A stretch of DNA of 56,194 nucleotides, taken from the NCBI RefSeq assembly GCF_001194135.2, contig NC_068992.1, positions 65,839,270 to 65,895,463 on the forward strand. The letters are read 5' to 3'. Under the pieces are notes generated by a model, which made no database searches, was not told the DNA's origin, and saw only the letters and a list, made by a program, of their open reading frames with translations. This DNA comes from Octopus bimaculoides. Lineage: Eukaryota. The position numbers and the translations under genes are program-made. Shown here piece after piece: positions 14,766 through 28,037 of this stretch (positions within the stretch are counted from its first letter, which is position 1; each line of letters opens with the position of its first letter).

Positions 14766-14962
14766 TCACACGTGTGCATGTGCACTCACTACCGGATAAA
14801 CATAATAATCATTGACCTATATGCAAGTTCCTCGTGGCGTATTTCAAATCGATTACTTCGAATGTAACAAGGCTTGTGTTAAGTGAATATAGTGGCAAGC
14901 GTTAGTGAACATGTGAGTGAATGTGTGCATATATATGCAACAATATTTATTTATGTATGTTC

Positions 14963-15012
<50 letters not shown>

Positions 15013-15207
15013 NNNNNNNNNNNNNNNNNNNNNNNNNNNNNNNNNNNNNNNNNNNNNNNNNNNNNNNNNNNNNNNNNNNNNNNNNNNNNNNNNNNNNNNN
15101 NNNNNNNNNNNNNNNNNNNNNNNNNNNNNNNNNNNNNNNNNNNNNNNNNNNNNNNNNNNNNNNNNNNNNNNNNNNNNNNNNNNNNNNNNNNNNNNNNNNN
15201 NNNNNNN

Positions 15208-15258
<51 letters not shown>

Positions 15259-18057
15259 TTGTATGGATATTTGCAAATGCTAGATTTATACATTCGTATA
15301 TATTGGTAGATGTGTGTGTGCTTGTACGTGTGTGTTCAAGCGTATCCGTACATTTATGTCACTGTGTGTATACTAAACAAAATGATGTCAGACGTGTAAG
15401 TGCATATGTATTTACCTGCGTGTATACATGTAAGAAAGCGCGAATGCATATACACGCGTATGTCTATTTATACATCAGAGTATGCAAGACAAACTTACAG
15501 CTGCTTTAAGAAATCGATCTCGTATTCTTATCGCCACAGAAATTCCAGTCAGTTCATTCAATCATCTTCGAACACTTTGATCTGTAACAAGATCAATAAA
15601 ACTTCATCAAACGATCTTTGACCAGACCTCTACATTGATACGGCCATGTTTAAGTCTTTTAATAAATTCCACCTCATGGTATCTTTAGAACTCATAGATG
15701 CCGACACCAAATTTAAGAATTCATTTCCAGAACCATCGATCTGCTAAGACATTTTCTGCGACGTGTCATTAATCAAACAATCCACTTGTGAGCCTCGTTC
15801 TCATATCAAAGCAACAACCAATATGGAAGTCCTCGATTGTTTTTCTTTCTATTTTTTGTTTTCATCTTTATTTTTTTGCATTTGTTGGGTGGGGTCATGT
15901 CTATATAATAAGTTATCGATTAAGCAAACTACTGAGCTATACGTTTTTAATCTTATGACTATGTTTAAACACATACATGCATCTATAATTAACTGTTTAT
16001 ATGCAAACATACACGCGATTACGCTCATGCATGTATATATGTAGGTAAAAAAATATATAAAATCAAGAATATATGTGTGTGTTTGTGCGCCTGTCTATGT
16101 ATATATATACATATTTAAGAATATATATACGTATATATGTGTATGTGTAGATAGATATATATATATATATATANNNNNNNNNNNNNNNNNNNNNNNNNNN
16201 NNNNNNNNNNNNNNNNNNNNNNNNNNNNNNNNNNNNNNNNNNNNNNNNNNNNNNNNNNNNNNNNNNNNNNNNNNNNNNNNNNNNNNNNNNNNNNNNNNNN
16301 NNNNNNNNNNNNNNNNNNNNNNNNNNNNNNNNNNNNNNNNNNNNNNNNNNNNNNNNNNNNNNNNNNNNNNNNNNNNNNNNNNNNNNNNNNNNNNNNNNNN
16401 NNNNNNNNNNNNNNNNNNNNNNNNNNNNNNNNNNNNNNNNNNNNNNNNNNNNNNNNNNNNNNNNNNNNNNNNNNNNNNNNNNNNNNNNNNNNNNNNNNNN
16501 NNNNNNNNNNNNNNNNNNNNNNNNNNNNNNNNNNNNNNNNNNNNNNNNNNNNNNNNNNNNNNNNNNNNNNNNNNNNNNNNNNNNNNNNNNNNNNNNNNNN
16601 NNNNNNNNNNNNNNNNNNNNNNNNNNNNNNNNNNNNNNNNNNNNNNNNNNNNNNNNNNNNNNNNNNNNNATATATATATATATATATATATATACGCATA
16701 CATATGGACATTTACATATATATACATAGATATGTATAAATAGATAGATAATGAGAGAGAGGTAAAGAAATAAATATGTGTATGTATGTGTGTGTATGTG
16801 TATGAATATCGGCGAACGTATAGAACATCCGCCGATCGATCTGCCATCTGGCCGTGTCAATCTAACGACCTAATGCACCTTCCTACGTGTTCCGTCACTG
16901 ACCACAATACTTACATCTTGCCTATGTAAATAGATAATAAGTGGGACTACTCTGTAAATGACGTGTGTTTCAGCGCGTCTTGTGCTATGCTTATATCGAA
17001 TCCCATCATGGAGACGTATTCGGCAGCAAATCAATATCGTTCATGGTCGATTGATAGATGTGTCTCGTTGAATACATGGAAACTGGTTCAGAGAGATATT
17101 CTAATACGAAACATAGTGTTGCAGGCTCAATTTTATATACACTCACAAGCACACATACGAAGATATGTGAGTGTGTGCGTGCGTGCGCGTGTGTGTGTGA
17201 GCGTGTGTGGTTGTGGGCCTATCTATCAATGCATAAATATATGCATATGTATATTAGCATGCATTCATGCATGTACAAATACATAGATTATATACATACA
17301 CCTATAGATAGATAGATAGATAGATTCAATGCAGGTGTGTATGAGTATGCATACCGCATCATACAGAGATGAATTATTTAACTGTGTATATGTATGCATG
17401 TATATATATATATATNNNNNNNNNNNNNNNNNNNNNNNNNNNNNNNNNNNNNNNNNNNNNNNNNNNNNNNNNNNNNNNNNNNNNNNNNNNNNNNNNNNNN
17501 NNNNNNNNNNNNNNNNNNNNNNNNNNNNNNNNNNNNNNNNNNNNNNNNNNNNNNNNNNNNNNNNNNNNNNNNNNNNNNNNNNNNNNNNNNNNNNNNNNNN
17601 NNNNNNNNNNNNNNNNNNNNNNNNNNNNNNNNNNNNNNNNNNNNNNNNNNNNNNNNNNNNNNNNNNNNNNNNNNNNNNNNNNNNNNNNNNNNNNNNNNNN
17701 NNNNNNNNNNNNNNNNNNNNNNNNNNNNNNNNNNNNNNNNNNNNNNNNNNNNNNNNNNNNNNNNNNNNNNNNNNNNNNNNNNNNNNNNNNNNNNNNNNNN
17801 NNNNNNNNNNNNNNNNNNNNNNNNATATATATATATGTATGTATGTATATATATGTGTGTGTGTATATATATGTATGTATGTATGAATGTAACTATTTGA
17901 CGGCAAAACATTTGCAGGCAGCTGTCAGTTTCTTTCATCTAAATCTTTAAGACTACTTTCCATCGTACTCTTTGTTCTCTACATGTCATGGTGCAATAAA
18001 CTAATATGCAATGACACAACAGACACACACACACGCACACACACACACGCACACACA

Positions 18058-18094
<37 letters not shown>

Positions 18095-18103
18095 CGATCT
18101 CAG

Positions 18104-18163
18104 GTTCATGTCGATGATGGCGGTATTGAAGGTTCTTGGTGAAAAGGTGGACGAAAGTAACAG
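18104..18163 (+). CDS. Candidate 60-nt phase 2-2 exon (FMSMMAVLKVLGEKVDESN), unidentified gene
   Basis: (CT)n tract plus ...GATCTCAG acceptor, AG|GTGTGA donor, open frame. No homology recognised. Confidence 0.25.
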
Positions 18164-18289
18164 GTGTGATTTGTAAAACTGCTTCTAAATTCGCCCAGAG
18201 TTTTTGGGTTGAAGAACGGAGATGTTGTTTCTCCATTGACCTAAAGTTACAAAACTCAGTCCTATTCATCTTGTCTTCAATATAGCACG

Positions 18290-18460
18290 ATTGATTGTAG
18301 AACCGTTAGCATGTCGGGTTAAATGCTTCGTCTGCCGTTGCGTTCTGAGTTCAAATTCCGCCGAGGTCCACTTTGCCTTTCATCCTTCCGGAGTCTATTA
18401 AATAATCCCTTTGTCTGTGCTTTCTATGTTTAGCCCCCTGTGGGCAATAAAAATAAATAA
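18290..18460 (+). mobile_element. SINE of the same head family with a different 3' tail
   Basis: AACCGTTAGC...GTTCTGAGTTCAAATTCCGCCGAGGTCCACTTTGCCTTTCATCC followed by the tail ...TTTAGCCCCCTGTGGGCAATAAAAATAAATAA. Confidence 0.7.
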
Positions 18461-19654
18461 ATATTAGGCGGTTGATCAGGGGTTATTACAGAACCTGTTT
18501 ATGTAGGGATTTAGAGGTCTTCATAGTGATTGGATAACTGTAACTGCTCTCTCACTCAATAATAATAATAATAATAATATTCCTTTCTGCTAAATGCAGA
18601 ATCTCAGTCTCTGCGATAAGAGAAGCACCATTCCGGTTTCCTGGTTCTTCTTGGCTCACTTCGAACTTATCAACGAAAACAACATCAACATCAACAACCA
18701 CCGTAACAAGAGTGCCATCGTTACACATTTACTGCTATCATAATAAAGAGGATGCCTCGACACTGTTCTATTCACCTTCACACTTTTACAACAACAACAA
18801 CACTTTCACTCAGACATTCCACTGATTCTACATCCTTTCAAAGTCTACTTCGTTTCTCTCATGTCATTTACGGAACAATGTGTGGGGAGGGATTTCTTTT
18901 CGTGTCTGAAGAAACCAAATGAGAACGCTCTGGGATTCAATACAAAATGTGATTCTGAAAAGAAGATATCGACATCCTTCATTTCCGCTGCTTCCCCATG
19001 TTGTTTAGTATCTGAGATGAAAATTTAAATAACGGTTTATATGAGTCGCTTTTTATATTTCAACGGGATGAAGTTTAATACTTAGAAATTACCGTCAAAA
19101 CAATGTGATCCTGATTTATTATATTGACAAACGTTTTGCTAAAGAGACTTCTGTCGTCTTTAATTAGGTTACAATGAGATTCCGAAAGCCATTTCACACA
19201 ATATTCCATAATTTAGAGCGATCGAAAATTACAAATTGATGATGATAATTTTTATAAACCTGAACAGTTCATTGCAAGGGATTCCTTCCCTCCTTTCCTT
19301 TTTGTTCTCGTTCACTTAACATTTACGTCGCTGCATTTTCTTCTTTGATTAAAGTAGGGTGTAATCATTTCTGTTTAATTAATTATTTTAATGAAGCCAC
19401 AAAATCAATAGGTTTCTACGAGATAAGCCAACTGATAGCACTTTTCTGATAAACTGGCATTTCTAAGAACTTGTCACATCAACTAATACCAGCTATTAAA
19501 AATGGATTATCTGAAGAATTATTAAAATTATCCAATGATTTCCCAATATTATTAAAGAGTTGAACCATTTCTTTGTTGAGACTAGGGTCCGATTTCGATC
19601 CTCGGTTAAAACTAAATCCTTTTACTTAAAATATATGTCTGTTGGGAGGTTGAT

Positions 19655-19885
19655 TTTGCCCTTAATCCTTTGGGGGTCGATAAATTAAGTACCAGTTGCG
19701 TACTGGGGTCGATTTAATCGACTGGCTCACTCCCCAAAAACTTTGGACCTTGTGACTACGGTAGAAGTGAAACTGTATTTGTCGACCAGAGAAGGATGAA
19801 AGTCAAAGTAGTCGTCGGCCGAATTTGAACTCATGGCGCATAACACCACAAGGCATACTATATCAGACTCTACCAATTCTGCCGT
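19655..19885. mobile_element. Two adjacent SINE halves in opposite orientation
   Basis: 19655-19770 is the plus-strand 3' half (GGGGTCGATAAATTAAGTACCAGTTGCGTACTGGGGTCGAT...CCTTGTG). 19780-19885 is a minus-strand head half (GGATGAAAGTCAAAGT...GAATTTGAACTCA). Confidence 0.7.
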
Positions 19886-20173
19886 TTAATCTCCTGTAAC
19901 ATTAGCTTAATTTAATTCGTTTCTTAATGTCTCATTTGTATTGCAACGTTCACAGAATCCAATTCCATATGAACTTACTTCTTAGAACCAATTACCACGC
20001 ATCAACCTTTCAACTACCATTTCGACACTTCATCAACACCGCATACACACACACGCTTACGCCAATACACGGTCGTTCGTGTACATTCACACGCGCGCGC
20101 GCATTTAGTACACTCATTTTGTTCAAAATACCAACATCTAACGACTTACACACACGCATACGTGATATATGTT

Positions 20174-20297
<124 letters not shown>

Positions 20298-20990
20298 GTT
20301 TTCATGCGCATATAATCACACATTTCACCAATACGCAACGCACACCATTATGAGGGTGTGCGTGTAAATACATACATACACGTATATACACACACGCACA
20401 TGTACATATTTACATACATACATGTGTGTGTGTGTGTGTGTATGTTGTTGAGTTCATTGTATCCAACCCTCTCACGCTGCTGTGCACAACAGATCACGGT
20501 TCATATATCGAAGCCAGCCTCGTCTCTGTTCATGACCTCCAGTTCAATATCGACATATGTTCTGGATTATCGGTTTAAAACGGGCTGTTTTCATCCATTG
20601 CCTGCTCCCAACTATTTTCGATGTAAACACTTGAACAAAGCTAACTAATCGATCTATAATTAGTAAATAGAGATATTGAATTAAGCAGAAGAAAAAGAAA
20701 ATAAACAAAATAACAAAATTGAAGACTATTTGAAGCATATGCGGATGTAGGCATGGCTCTGTGGTTAAACAACCCATTTCTAAACCATATGGTCATGTGT
20801 TCGAAGCCATAAGACTTCCCCAAGAGACGTAGGTGAATCAATATGTGAAACTAACGATTTTAGAAGAAATATTTTCTTTACTTTCAGAATTAGCTCGGAG
20901 TTCTTTATTCTACTTGGTCAAACATAGCTTCTTTTGAACTTGTCACCTACTACTAGTAAGTATATATGTGTGTGTGTGTACACACACACG

Positions 20991-21024
<34 letters not shown>

Positions 21025-21467
21025 CAAATGTTGTTGTAATAAATGCTGTTGTGTAGCCCACAGTTAGATCTAATTTAGTGAACCTATGACCACAAGTATT
21101 CCAGTTTTGACCATTCCATGTATCCAGCGTGACTTTTCGCTTTTGGAGATGAAATTCTAGGATAGGCAACCAGAAAGAAACTCGCCCGTCTGTTCAAGGT
21201 GATGCTGTTAAAATGAACCATATATATACTACACTTAACGCCCCAATGCTCTACATGACGGCTTGTTCTTCATGGAAGTAAAACGATCAGAACAACTTTA
21301 CGTTGCGATTAACTAATTAAAAGTCTTTTTGTCAATTAATATTTGAATATTACCAGACAGGTGAGACTTTAAGATATTACCTCACAAGTGTAAGAAATAC
21401 CATCGATTATTTGACTTGATCTTTTATGTATACATCGTGACCGCTAGGGTCATCGACCAAACTTAAC

Positions 21468-21620
21468 ATCACCTCCACCATCCGCTACCACCACCACCAC
21501 CACCACCACCATCCAGTACCACCACCACCTCCACTACCACCACCACCACCATCCGCTACCACCACCACCACCACCTCCGCCACCTCCCCAACAGTCAACC
21601 CCCGCCATCATCATCATCAT
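21468..21620. repeat. (CCA)n-rich imperfect repeat
   Basis: Directly visible. Confidence 0.9.
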
Positions 21621-22109
21621 ACCCGTAATACATTTCCGTTTCTGCCAAGCTTTCTTTTTATCCTGTAATGTCAGTTTACTGGCGTATTTCTATAACAATA
21701 TCCGGCTCTTTGATTCTAATAACCAACTCAAATATATAAAGTCCAACTAAACGAAACTTTTATCAAACATTTTATGCTGCCAAGACTGACGAGAACCAGA
21801 ACTTCTTACAAAGGTTGTGCCGTACTAATACATGGAAATTATTCTCTGTCTGGAAGATTAAGCTTTTGCGAATTAAGTGTTGAATGTTTAAATATAATTT
21901 AAGAAAGGAGACTTAAATCTTTCCAACTGGTTTTGGTTAAGATCCCCTTCACACAGATGAGACTAAGCTTGAGCCAAAGTTAAAACATCCAGAAATAAGC
22001 AGCTACAAGAATAAAGTGGCTTAAAAGAAAGATTGTAACCAGGGATTAATATAATCCAGACACTGTTATCTCTTTCCATAATGTGTGGAGGAGATCGACG
22101 ACAATGCAG

Positions 22110-22631
22110 CCTAATAAGCAGTATGTTGTGCCGAATGATGCCCACGGCCGCAAGCTGACCATCACATCGGAGAACGAATGTCGGAGACTGCACTGTATCC
22201 TACGAGATTTGTCTTCCCTGGAGCAGACTTTAGGGAGGATGGTGAAGTATTTCATCGGGGATAGGTTTAATGATAATTTCATTGATGCTGACAATTTGGT
22301 ACAACGCCTGGTACATTGTGTAACCGACAGTGGCTCCGACAAACTGTACGAAGTCAGCTCCATAGCACAAACTGTACTTCAACCAGATTTTATAGAGATA
22401 AATGCGCAGGCGCTGGCCACTCTGAAGGCGTTTGCCCACTGGCTATCACAGTACTACTTCGAAAACCAGAAGGTCAGTCAGCCCCTAAAGTTCACCATCC
22501 TTTTCTCTACGCTGGTCGAGGCTACCCTACCTATGTTCCGGAAACAGATTGTCCAGTCAGCTGTTCATTTACTGTTCTCTCATTTACCGTCCTATCTACT
22601 ACAGATGACCGCTGTCCACAACCTTTACTGA
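22110..22631 (+). pseudogene. XPO6: Exportin-6 fragment (probable processed pseudogene / gene fragment)
   Basis: Translation ...KQYVVPNDAHGRKLTITSENECRRLHCILRDLSSLEQTLGRMVKYFIGDRF...VLQPDFIEINAQALATLKAFAHWLSQYY...IVQSAVHLLFSHLPSYLLQMTAVHNLY* aligns by recall with vertebrate XPO6 (HRLNITAENDCRRLHCSLRDLSSLLQAVGRLAEYFIGDVF...VLKPDLIDVHAQSLAALQAYSHWLAQY...LLLSACHLLVSLATTVRPVFLISIPAVQKVF). It is truncated at both ends, has two apparent 4-5 aa deletions, ends in TGA and has no convincing flanking splice sites. Homology is high confidence; pseudogene status is inferred. Confidence 0.8.
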
Positions 22632-22800
22632 ATGAAGTTTTGTGGTTTCCATGTCGCTATTTCAATAGCCTGAAACGGATGACACCTTTCATTCGCAGGT
22701 TCTTCTTCCTAATTATAAGGATGATCTTGAAGCAGGGGCCGAATTGGTTACCATTCTTATCTACCTGCATTCCTCATCTCAATCCCTGAGTGACGTACCA

Positions 22801-22864
22801 ACTCTCCTTCACCCAACACAACTCTCCTCCACCCAACACAACTCTCTTCCACCCAACACAACTC
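22801..22864. repeat. 20-bp minisatellite, 3.2 copies
   Basis: ACTCTC(C/T)(T/C)(T/C)CACCCAACACA repeated head to tail. Confidence 0.9.
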
Positions 22865-23050
22865 GATCGCTCTGGTGTTTCTTGTCAACTAAATCGTCCG
22901 TGTGTCCCCAGTTCCATGCAAACAACCTCCTGGAGTGGAGCAACTGGTATGAAATGTCTTGCTGAAGGATACAATGCACCGTCAGGAATCGAACTCAGAA
23001 CGTTACGATCGTGAGGTGAAAAAATCCTCACCAATAAGCCACACTCCTTC
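22865..23050 (-). mobile_element. Second tRNA-derived SINE family copy
   Basis: Minus strand TGTGGCTTATTGGTGAGG...GAGTTCGATTCCTGACGGTGCATTGTATCCTTCAGCAAGACATTTCA (A box, B box, central motif). Confidence 0.65.
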
Positions 23051-24188
23051 ATAATTCCTTCTACTAACACAGTAAGCGCTAACCATTTCTCGAAAAATTG
23101 AAAAATACGGCACGATTCCAGTATGGACGCCCACCAAACTATAAATTCACAACAATTTATTTTAAGTATTTCTATTGTTTTATAAAAAAAAAATAAAAAA
23201 GCAAAAGCCTGGTCGGAATGAGAGAAGGTGGAGGCGCAAAAGTAGGCTTAAATTGTAAAGTAATCGGAATGAAGACGGAGATAATAGAGAGATAAATTTC
23301 ACAGAGGAAAGCTGCAAAAATTTAATGAAAAATTCTTTTATATTTTTCATTCGATTTGGTTGGTGAGATCGGTAGGAGAATGGGAATTTTTTTAGAGATA
23401 ATTGTCGTAAAACATGGTTCGTTAGACACTAATAATAGACCACTAAGCTATTTATCTTCTTTATTACAATGTAGAAAGTAGATTTAATTTATTTCATTTT
23501 ATTGTCTTTCTTTTATTCTTTTCCCTTTTGCATTTCATGGTTCCGACAAATGGAAAAGTAATATCGGAGTAGATTGTACGTTGCTGTTAGGAATAAAGAT
23601 GGCGTGAAAATTGAGCCAGAGGATTGAGCAGAACAAATTCTCACTCGTAGACATTTCAAACAAGTCAAATCAACAAACACAAAGTAAATAAACGCAATAG
23701 CCAGACATCAACCGAGTTTTATTTCGTAAAACCTTCAGGTCTTTCGCGAGCCGACTCTAAATTAACTGGCAATACTTGTTAATCATTGGTGCTGGTTGAT
23801 GATAATAATATATATACATGTGTTTTATGTATATACTTATATTATATATACCCTCTTTTATCTTTATACATAAAGTTACTATGATTGTAAGGAGCGAATG
23901 CAGCTGTTAGAACGTATTAATGGCGTCTAGTTGGGGAGGAGGGTATCGAAAATGGCGGCTTAATTGGATGTTGCGTTAAATGTTTGGTCGACAGACTAAC
24001 CTGATGTTTGGAAGTAAAATGGCAATTTACACCTTCATTCGAGAGATATGTGTGCTTCTATGTAATTATGTAAGTATGTCTGTATGTATATATATAGGTT
24101 AGTGTGTATTCATATGTATGTATGTAGTAACATGCGTGTATCTATTATGGTTGACGTATATGTATGTACATATGTACATACATGTATG

Positions 24189-24231
<43 letters not shown>

Positions 24232-24378
24232 ACATGTACATTTGTGTGTGTGTGTGTGTGTGTGCGTGTGTGTGTGTAGGCATGGGTTTGTGCATATATT
24301 GATTCGTGTATGCTCTATGTTTTCAATGTCTATCTACTAACGTAACTGTCATTCTTCCTCTCTCTCTCTCTCTCTCTC

Positions 24379-24431
<53 letters not shown>

Positions 24432-25287
24432 ATCGATGAATAATATAATGAGCAATATTCTTGGAAGTTAGAACTGTACGAACGTTCTTGTCTGCAAAAG
24501 AAATAAAACGTTTCGCTAAAATACAGAAACGTCTAAAATTCATTCTCGAAAACATGGAAAAATATTCCAAAGCAACGAATATAAAATCAGGTTTTGGAAC
24601 TACTACGAACATTTCGACAATATTTTTGCATTCTACTCATACTGCAAAAAAGTTTTGTGATGAATCCCAACACGCACAACAAATGTTCTGTTGGTTAATC
24701 AACGACGGAGAGTCTTCTTTGGTCGCTCGACCTGATAGATGCAGCAGCCAGATCGCCTCCTAATTACACTGAACTGCCCTAAAAATGCAACAGTCCCTGG
24801 TATACACAAACGATGGGGAGGCCAGGGTTTGAACGCCTTCGGCCATAGTTTTCTTTTGTCAAAGCAGACAAGGGACTAAGCAACTACAACAAGAACAACG
24901 AAAACCAATTATATGGTAGATGCCAGCTGCACATCCTTTCTTATTTGCTTGGTGCTGATATTAAGAACTGTTTTGGTTATTACTCTTTAATTCACTACAT
25001 ATTACAGGGGAACTTTGTGCGGCTTCAGTGCATGGAGCGAATTGGCAGAATCGCTAGAAATCAGATAGAAACGTGAGATATTTTTTTCTGACTCTTTTCG
25101 TTTAGAGTTCGATTCAAACTAATGTTAACTATGATTAATTTCCAACCTCCTGAAAGTCGATAAAATAAAACACCAATTCACAGGAGTAAGAATTTAGAAT
25201 TTTTAGATCGTCAGATAAAATACTTTCTGATATTAATTTCGGCTCTGGAAACACTTCACAAATGAGGTGAATGTGTCAACATCTAAC

Positions 25288-25356
25288 TGACAAGATGATA
25301 ACAAGATGATAATGAAAGGCTGACAAGATGATGACAAGATGATGATAAGATGGTGA
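25288..25356. repeat. Imperfect ~10-12-bp tandem repeat (GACAAGATGAT-like)
   Basis: TGACAAGATGATA ACAAGATGAT...TGACAAGATGA TGACAAGATGA TGATAAGATGG TGATAAGATGA. Confidence 0.75.
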
Positions 25357-26329
25357 TAAGATGATGCCTTATCAAAATTATCAAGTAGAAGGGAAGGTCA
25401 AACCCTCTTTTTATATTCCAATGGAAACTCCATGAAAACCACTTCAGAAATTGGTTTAAAAAGAATGTGCTGTTTGTTAAGGCTGGAATATGATTTACCA
25501 AAATGAAATCTGGGAGATGTCTTCACCCCATACGCAGCTCTGGTATTTAGAAAGAAACTGTCGAAGCTAATCAATATAACGTTATTGATTTCTAATGATA
25601 CACGGTTCTTGTGGCAGACAACAATACATAATTGGTATTTTTCTGGTTTCGTCTCCGATTAAATCTGATCGAGCAGACTAATGATCAAAGACTTTCCAGC
25701 CGTGACCATTCTTCCATTTTGTTTCCAAACTGCCCTTCATCATTTTATCAGAGAAATTTCGCTGCTATAACTAACAGATCAACCATTCTTGCAAAGGCTT
25801 CCCACTCCTTCTAATCTAGGATGTGTCATAAAATGGAAATTTACTCTGCTAGTGACATTATTAAATAAAACCGTCCACAGCTCTTCATAAGGTATATCAC
25901 TGACCTCTCAATGCGTCCAGCTTCCTTTGATCTTGCAGCACAGTTTACCTGGAACCGGCAATAGAATCAATTTTCTCCAAATATTGCACACACACTATGG
26001 TGGAATTTCATTGATGTTCAGATGATGTAACTATGCTACCATTCTTCAAAAAAATGTCTGAGAGTCTGACTTGTTTCCAAAAGATGCACAACCCCTAAAT
26101 AAAGCATGGAACCTGTGAGAACTAGTGACAGTCTTTGGCATCAATAATTAGACAATAGCAGAGATCGATAAGTTCAATTATAGGGAACACTAAAAGAGCT
26201 AACATTGTTAGGAAGTGAGAAGTGAGTTTGTCGCTTTTTTAGGTTAATCAGGAAAGTAGGGCTGTGCTTGAGTTCCTTTTGAGGGGTTCCAAGACAAGGG
26301 GAAAAGTGAAAGGAATTTATCATCAAAAA

Positions 26330-26640
26330 GGATATTTTACCCGTGTGGATCCCGCAAAAGGTGTCTTAGATCCAGATTGTGGCGTTAATCCGAGCAACGA
26401 TGTAATTCTAATATTTAGGGCCACGGTGGAATTTTAAACCAGAATGCAGGAACAAACGCCGCTAGTCATCCGGTCCAGTGCTCTCCCGATCCATCAGATT
26501 AGCGTTTAATTTCTCAACCCAAGAAGAGTGATGTTCAAAGTTGACTTCGGCAGGATTATAACTCGGAACGCAGAGATCAGAAGTCAATACCACGAGGAAT
26601 TATGTCCGATGCTCTACCGATTCTGCCAATTGGTGTTGTT
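26330..26640 (-). mobile_element. Cluster of degraded SINE heads
   Basis: Repeated diverged motifs (GGAATTTTAAACCAGAA, AAAGTTGACTTCGGCAGGATTATAACTCGGAACG, TCTACCGATTCTGCCAA). Confidence 0.5.
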
Positions 26641-27629
26641 GACAAGAAAATAAATGGTGCGTTGTGTCGATCAAACAAACAGGATAAATCTGGGAGGACT
26701 AAATCCAGGAATCATTCAAATGGTTTTATTTCCAAGTTATATTGTAGATTCGGCGAAATTATAGAGAGAATACTGAATTCATTCTTGGAGACTAAGGAGA
26801 AAGGAGATTATTTAGTATTCCTGATTTCTGTCAACGGAATAATGTGAAGAAAATAACTATCATCCACGCTTAGCAGAGAATTGAAACTGAGTCGATCGCT
26901 CATTGCAGTGGAAGTATTAACGTTGCCAACTTTAAGATCGATAAAAGTTTGATATTACTAAATCATATTTCAGATATGATATTTGTCGTATTGATAAATT
27001 ACCAAATAAAGCATCAGTGATGACACAAAACAAAACAGAAAGAAAAGGGGGGAAAAGCAAAGGAAAATTCTATGGAACAATATCGATCAAAGAATAGATG
27101 AAGTCCAAATCGCAGACTGGAAAATGAAAGAAATTAAAATACTATTCTTGAATCGATTTGACATTATATTTCTGAAAGTGACAATAAAATAACCACAACA
27201 ACAACAGCAACAACAAAATCAACAACAACAACACCGTTTTCATAACAAACATACAAATGCGAAAATTCACAATTAAGCAGTTTGCAAACTTATTTGCAAA
27301 CATTAAAACTTGATATTTATCTTGAAGCAATGACATTAAAAGTCTTGTAGAATGTAAAAGAAAATACTATTCTGGTTGAAGATTAATTGAGATTAAAAAG
27401 CGGTTTGGTAGAATAGTGACAAGTGGTTGTGTAATGAAAGAGGATGGAATCCATAGGAAATGACATTACTTCAAATAAACACTTCTGTTTAAATGTTATA
27501 TCATGGAGGAGGGAAAAAGATTTTCCGTTAAACTAATCGGCCATTTTGTCTGCATATCTTCAATTAAATATTTCATAGTTACAATAAAATTCTGAGCGTG
27601 TCTATGTATGTGAACACATAAATACAAAC

Positions 27630-27662
<33 letters not shown>

Positions 27663-28006
27663 NNNNNNNNNNNNNNNNNNNNNNNNNNNNNNNNNNNNNN
27701 NNNNNNNNNNNNNNNNNNNNNNNNNNNNNNNNNNNNNNNNNNNNNNNNNNNNNNNNNNNNNNNNNNNNNNNNNNNNNNNNNNNNNNNNNNNNNNNNNNNN
27801 NNNNNNNNNNNNNNNNNNNNNNNNNNNNNNNNNNNNNNNNNNNNNNNNNNNNNNNNNNNNNNNNNNNNNNNNNNNNNNNNNNNNNNNNNNNNNNNNNNNN
27901 NNNNNNNNNNNNNNNNNNNNNNNNNNNNNNNNNNNNNNNNNNNNNNNNNNNNNNNNNNNNNNNNNNNNNNNNNNNNNNNNNNNNNNNNNNNNNNNNNNNN
28001 NNNNNN

Positions 28007-28037
<31 letters not shown>

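Noticed and set aside
15520-15780. Kinase-like phrase EVEFIKRLKH on the minus strand
   Set aside because: Surrounded by multiple stops with no other kinase motifs.
20470-20640. Protein-like fragments (VYIENSWEQAMDENSPF / DNPEHM)
   Set aside because: Interrupted by stops, and the resemblance to known proteins is too weak to name.
22801-22864. CRISPR-like direct repeats
   Set aside because: 20-bp units are contiguous with no spacers, the context is eukaryotic, and there are no cas genes.
23935-24030. Two AAAATGGC (YY1-like) motifs as a promoter
   Set aside because: Short motifs only, with no supporting exon or GC island.
24461-24763. 100-aa non-microsatellite ORF
   Set aside because: GTG-type start, no homology, and the 3' end runs into a dispersed repeat.
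25715-26160. Possible LINE 3' remnant upstream of a repeat tail
   Set aside because: No RT or endonuclease motifs recognisable in any frame.
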